Source: Candidatus Hodarchaeota archaeon (lineage in GTDB: Archaea; Asgardarchaeota; Heimdallarchaeia; Hodarchaeales; Hodarchaeaceae). From it: a stretch of DNA of 64,000 nucleotides. Positions 59,885 to 64,000 of this stretch are shown here, one piece after another. Where the stretch lies: NCBI GenBank assembly GCA_016840035.1, contig JAEOTC010000154.1, forward strand, positions 1 to 64,000, written 5' to 3'. Position 1 is the first letter of the stretch. Each line of letters begins with the position of its first letter. A program made the position numbers and the translations under genes. The notes under the pieces are model-generated. The model made no database searches and had not been told where the DNA came from. It saw nothing but the letters and a program-made list of their open reading frames with translations.

Positions 59885-60814
59885 ATGAGCACAGAAATTA
59901 TCACAACAAATCAGCTTTCAAAATTTTATGGGTCAATTCGCGGTATCCATGAGGTTTCTATTAAGGTTCCAGCTGGAGGCGTGGGGTTTCTCGGCCCTAA
60001 CGGGGCAGGAAAAACAACTCTAATTCGTACATTGTTAGGGATCCTAAGGCCTACTAAAGGAACAGCCAATGTTCTGGGTTATGACATTAAATCCAGGATC
60101 AATGAAGTACGAGACCGTATCGGGTACATCCCCGAATTTAATACCTCCTTTATTCCCGATATGACCGCAATGAAATTTGTGGCATTCTGTGGGCGTATGA
60201 ATGGACTGGCGCATTCTGAATCTAAACAACGTGCTAGTGACTCTTTATATTATGTGGGACTTGGAGAGGAAAGATATCGAAAACTAGGAACCTTTTCTTT
60301 AGGAATGAAGCAAAAAGTAAAATTAGCGTCTGCTTTGGTTCATGATCCCGAAATTATCATTGCTGATGAGCCAACAAATGGTTTAGACCCAACTGGTCGA
60401 AATCAAATGCTGGAACTCATTCGTAATTTGCAAACAGATCAAGGTAAACATGTTATTTTAAGCTCTCATTTATTAAGAGATGTTGAACAAACTACAGATT
60501 ATGCAATCGTCTTCTCTGAAGGAGAAATACTTGCTCAGGGTAATATCAAGCAACTAACTTCTGGCCGACGCAGTTCTATCAGTGTCAAGGTGAAATTTAA
60601 TGAGGAACATTTCTTGAATAATTTGAAGGATAAAGGGTTCGAAGTATGGGAGGAAGGAGGGTTTATTGAGGTGAAGAGAGTAAATGATACTGAAAATGCC
60701 ATTTTTAGAGCCGCAAATGAAACAAGTACGGAAATTAGGTATTTAGGAAGTAGATCCAGTACACTGGAAGATGTCTTTGTTGATCTTTTCCGCAATAAGG
60801 AGGGAATTCAATGA
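59885..60814 (+). CDS. ABC-2 type transporter ATP-binding protein
   Basis: GPNGAGKT, FSLGMKQK, ADEPTNGLD; start ATG 59885. Confidence 0.93.
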   Translation: MSTEIITTNQLSKFYGSIRGIHEVSIKVPAGGVGFLGPNGAGKTTLIRTLLGILRPTKGTANVLGYDIKSRINEVRDRIGYIPEFNTSFIPDMTAMKFVAFCGRMNGLAHSESKQRASDSLYYVGLGEERYRKLGTFSLGMKQKVKLASALVHDPEIIIADEPTNGLDPTGRNQMLELIRNLQTDQGKHVILSSHLLRDVEQTTDYAIVFSEGEILAQGNIKQLTSGRRSSISVKVKFNEEHFLNNLKDKGFEVWEEGGFIEVKRVNDTENAIFRAANETSTEIRYLGSRSSTLEDVFVDLFRNKEGIQ

Positions 60815-61827
60815 CTATTGAATCAAATGAAAATGGAGCATACGTTAAGAAATTTTCTTTTCGTCCATTTGCAGGTATACGCCGAGGAAGACTTTATCGA
60901 ATTTGGTCCATTTCCTGGCAGTGGTGGACTCACGAATGGTCTCGATCTCGTGCTGTGAAGTTTCTCATTGGTTTCCAGCTATTCACCTTGTTAATAACCA
61001 ATATATTTATTCTTACAACGAAAGATTTCCTCCTTTTGGGTGGTTTATATGAGTCAACCGAACAGATTCTTGAACAAACTTTGATTTCATTAGTGAGAGG
61101 GATTGTGAGCTTCCAAACTGAAATCAGAGGTGAATCTCATGGGAGTGGGGATAATGGTTTTGATGGTTCTTTCACTATCGGAGGTACTAGTCTCTTTATC
61201 CTAATACTCGCAGTACTTGTCGGGTCAGGTCTGATTGCAGACGATATTTCTAATAAAACAAATGAAATTTATTACGCTAAATTAGAAAAATATGAATATA
61301 TTCTTGGTAAATTTGGTGCATTCTTCATTTTTGGCAATGTGATTATCACCCTTCCCTATGTTATAGAATTCGGTTTGTTATTCGTAGGATTAGGAGATAT
61401 TGACTTACTTGCTGTGTTACCCCTTCTTTTCCAAGTGATTCTCTTTACTGAATTAGTCAATTTAACATATGCAGCTATCATATTGGCATTCTCTTCTTTG
61501 ACTAGTAGAAAGTTATATGCTGGGCTTACAACATTTATGATTCTATTTCTAGCAAGTATGATCGTCCCAGCACTTGCGTTCAAAGATAACCTGGTCATTG
61601 GTTTAGAACTTTTGAGCGATGTCTTAACCCTTCTATTAATCAGCTCTTATATAATAATGGGAGAAGTAGAATTCCAGTTAGTATCTATGGATGGGATTCC
61701 ATATCCAGTACACCTTGCTGATGGTGTAGGAATTGAAGGTTGGATGGTATTGGGTGGAATCGGTGCTATAGTTCTCGTGGGGATACTAGTTGTAATTATA
61801 CAAGTTTATCGGAGGCATAGTACATAA
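60811..61827 (+). CDS. ABC-2 type permease
   Basis: Multi-TM; GSGLIADD..YILGK. Confidence 0.82.
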   Translation: MTIESNENGAYVKKFSFRPFAGIRRGRLYRIWSISWQWWTHEWSRSRAVKFLIGFQLFTLLITNIFILTTKDFLLLGGLYESTEQILEQTLISLVRGIVSFQTEIRGESHGSGDNGFDGSFTIGGTSLFILILAVLVGSGLIADDISNKTNEIYYAKLEKYEYILGKFGAFFIFGNVIITLPYVIEFGLLFVGLGDIDLLAVLPLLFQVILFTELVNLTYAAIILAFSSLTSRKLYAGLTTFMILFLASMIVPALAFKDNLVIGLELLSDVLTLLLISSYIIMGEVEFQLVSMDGIPYPVHLADGVGIEGWMVLGGIGAIVLVGILVVIIQVYRRHST

Positions 61828-62747
61828 TGATCAATTTAGAAAACGTCTCAAAATCCTTTGGGGATGTAGTGGCTATATCTAACCTAAGCATGCATGTAAG
61901 AGCTGGCTCAATAACTGGATTTTTGGGCCCAAATGGAGCTGGAAAAAGTACTACTTTAAAATTGGTTATTGGAGAACTTTTCCCAGATTTAGGAACAGTT
62001 TCCGTTATGGGAGAAAATCCGATTAACAATAGTCGTCTTAAACAAAAAACAGGATATGTTTCAGAACATGACGATTTGTATCCATGGATGAAAGGTAAAC
62101 AATTCGTTACTTCTCTGGCGAAATTACTCTTACCACGTGAGGAAGCAGAAAGAGCGGCAAAAGAAGCTTTAGCGAAAGTCGGTCTTGCAGTCAAAGGGAA
62201 GAAAATTAAGGCTTATAGTAAGGGAATGAAACAGCGTTTAAAAGTAGCTGCTGCAATCGTCCATAATCCTGACTTGCTGATTCTTGATGAACCGTTTGGT
62301 GGACTAGATCCCCTTGGTCGTCGTGAGATGAAAAAATTAGTCTCAGATCTAAATCATGATGGAGTAACTGTTTTAATATCAAGTCATATCTTATATGAAC
62401 TTGACCAAATGAGTAATCGAATGAATCTCATTCACAGAGGGCAGACACTAGCCGAAGGAGCACCATCAGAGATTTTAGAGTTAATAGATCAATTTCCTCA
62501 TCAGATATTAATTCACGCACCAATCGATCAACTTCAAAGCTTATCAAAACTGATGATTGATGAATCAATTATTAGTTCGTTAAATTTTATGAAAAGAGAC
62601 AAAACTACTAATCTCGTCGCAGTAACAAATAATCCTAAGGAGTTTTATCCTAAGGTAACTAAATTAGTTGCAGAAAATGAGATTTTTATCGAACATCTGG
62701 AGAGTACAACTGACAATATTGAGGCGATCTTTGAATATTTGACATAA
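61827..62747 (+). CDS. ABC-2 type transporter ATP-binding protein
   Basis: GPNGAGKST, YSKGMKQR, LDEPFGGLD. Confidence 0.93.
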   Translation: MINLENVSKSFGDVVAISNLSMHVRAGSITGFLGPNGAGKSTTLKLVIGELFPDLGTVSVMGENPINNSRLKQKTGYVSEHDDLYPWMKGKQFVTSLAKLLLPREEAERAAKEALAKVGLAVKGKKIKAYSKGMKQRLKVAAAIVHNPDLLILDEPFGGLDPLGRREMKKLVSDLNHDGVTVLISSHILYELDQMSNRMNLIHRGQTLAEGAPSEILELIDQFPHQILIHAPIDQLQSLSKLMIDESIISSLNFMKRDKTTNLVAVTNNPKEFYPKVTKLVAENEIFIEHLESTTDNIEAIFEYLT

Positions 62748-62760
62748 AGGAGAATTAAAT

Positions 62761-63567
62761 ATGACCATGCAATATGAAAAACCAAAATCAGAGTTTTCCA
62801 CAACATATGTTGAAAGAGCGATTATTCTAATACAGTTATTCCTCAACAAGTATATCTACGATAAAAAGACATATATTCTGATTTTAATTAGTTTCCTCCC
62901 TCTATTAAGAGCTGTGAGCTTAGATAACGCTGGAATAGATGACTTTGTCGATTTAATTGGTCCAATGTCGATAGTTAGTTTCATTATTATGCCATTAATT
63001 TCTTTAATCCTTGGAGTTTCCTCAATTTCAGATGAAAAAGAAAATAAGACGATTAGTCAGTTATTGGCTCGTCCAGTAAAGCGGGAAGAAATAGTAGTGT
63101 CAAAATGGATAACAATCATGATAGTGGGCTTAATAATAATTGCTATTGATAGTTTAATATTATTTCTTGGATTTAATATCCTATTACCTGGATCCTTTGA
63201 TGTATTTAGGAATTTGTCTGTTCTTCTTGGGACTTATTTCTATCTAAGTCTATGGTATGTGGTATATGCAACAATCTTTCTATTTGTAGGAGTCTTTTTA
63301 GATAAAAACGCTTTAGGCCTAGGACTTGCTATCGCATACTTTGAAGCCTTTTTCGGACAATTCATCTTTGGGGGTTTTGGAGGAAATTCCCCTTTTTCCA
63401 TTGCCAACCATGTTAACTATGTTGCCTCAGAATATTTTCTGAGTGATTTTATGTCATATAGGGTGTCAAATTTTGACGAATTTTCCTCTTTGTTGGTTTG
63501 CGTTGGAATTGTAATCGGATTCTTAGCATTGGCAGCGGTCACAATGCGTAGAAAGAATTTCCCATGA
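62761..63567 (+). CDS. ABC-2 type permease
   Basis: ISDEKENKTISQLLARPVKR; multi-TM. Confidence 0.85.
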   Translation: MTMQYEKPKSEFSTTYVERAIILIQLFLNKYIYDKKTYILILISFLPLLRAVSLDNAGIDDFVDLIGPMSIVSFIIMPLISLILGVSSISDEKENKTISQLLARPVKREEIVVSKWITIMIVGLIIIAIDSLILFLGFNILLPGSFDVFRNLSVLLGTYFYLSLWYVVYATIFLFVGVFLDKNALGLGLAIAYFEAFFGQFIFGGFGGNSPFSIANHVNYVASEYFLSDFMSYRVSNFDEFSSLLVCVGIVIGFLALAAVTMRRKNFP

Positions 63568-63580
63568 CTCCTTTAATTTT

Positions 63581-64000
63581 CTATTTATTAATATAATCCC
63601 CTATGCGTTTAAAAGCTTCTCTGATCTCTTCTTCCGATCTAGAAAATGCAACACGGAAGTATCCTTCAGCAGATTCTCCAAAGGCCGCTCCAGGAATTGT
63701 TGCTACATTTGCGTTATTTAAAATTTCCTCAGCAATATATTCAGAGGGTTTGTCTGAATAGGTGTATTTGATAAATCCGTAAAATGCACCATCCACACTT
63801 CCAAGAGAGAGTCCGTCAATTTTTGATACTTCATCCAATAAAAGTTGTCTACGAACAGGAAAGACGTTATCAATTACCTCTTGTGCATCAAATCTATGTT
63901 CTAATGCGGTAATAGCACCATATTGACAGAAGGTTGTTGCACAACTAGTACTTGCTTGTACAAATCTTAATATTCCTTGTGATAATGTTTTGTTTGCAAT
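63581..64000 (-). CDS. Class I/II PLP aminotransferase, C-terminal part (start outside window)
   Basis: QYGAITAL..GAFYGF..VATIPGAAFG..GYFRVAF; frame open to the window edge. Confidence 0.88.
   Translation of the reverse strand: MANKTLSQGILRFVQASTSCATTFCQYGAITALEHRFDAQEVIDNVFPVRRQLLLDEVSKIDGLSLGSVDGAFYGFIKYTYSDKPSEYIAEEILNNANVATIPGAAFGESAEGYFRVAFSRSEEEIREAFKRIGDYINK

Noticed and set aside
617-62849. Many short antisense or alternate-frame ORFs in the track (e.g. 2641-3261, 19608-20141, 38775-39098)
   Set aside because: They overlap well-supported genes and lack motifs; treated as shadow ORFs.

Overview
AT-rich, gene-dense prokaryotic chromosomal window with no rRNA, tRNA, CRISPR array or mobile element that I could find. 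An archaeon is likely, possibly Asgard/Heimdallarchaeia-like. This is inferred from TATA-like promoters, oligo-T terminators, Mvh/Hdr genes and several surface proteins with PGF-CTERM-like tails; it is not a phylogenetic result. Layout: (1) 1-20.8 kb is a redox/sulfur supercluster with three HdrA paralogues, two HdrB/HdrC pairs, an HdrD-like protein, three MvhD-type domains, a group 3c-type [NiFe] hydrogenase with its protease, two TusA proteins, DsrE, a YeeE/YedE transporter, an ArsR regulator and a divergent GcvH-type lipoyl carrier. (2) 20.9-34.6 kb holds a decayed ccmB, CBS-flanked 2-oxoacid:ferredoxin oxidoreductase genes, msrA/msrB and an orphan E1 alpha/beta pair. (3) 34.85-38.07 kb is the best candidate for a new system: an unannotated 34-aa peptide ORF ending KHYS, then a JAB/JAMM protease fused to an E2-like domain, a ThiF/E1 enzyme lacking the crossover-loop Cys, and two paralogous Cys-bearing E2s. 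No ubiquitin-fold protein, E3 or CD-NTase is present in that operon. (4) 38-64 kb holds surface proteins, a MoxR operon, a GH53 galactanase, a histidine kinase, ABC genes and a partial aminotransferase. All calls come from motif reading, not database searches.
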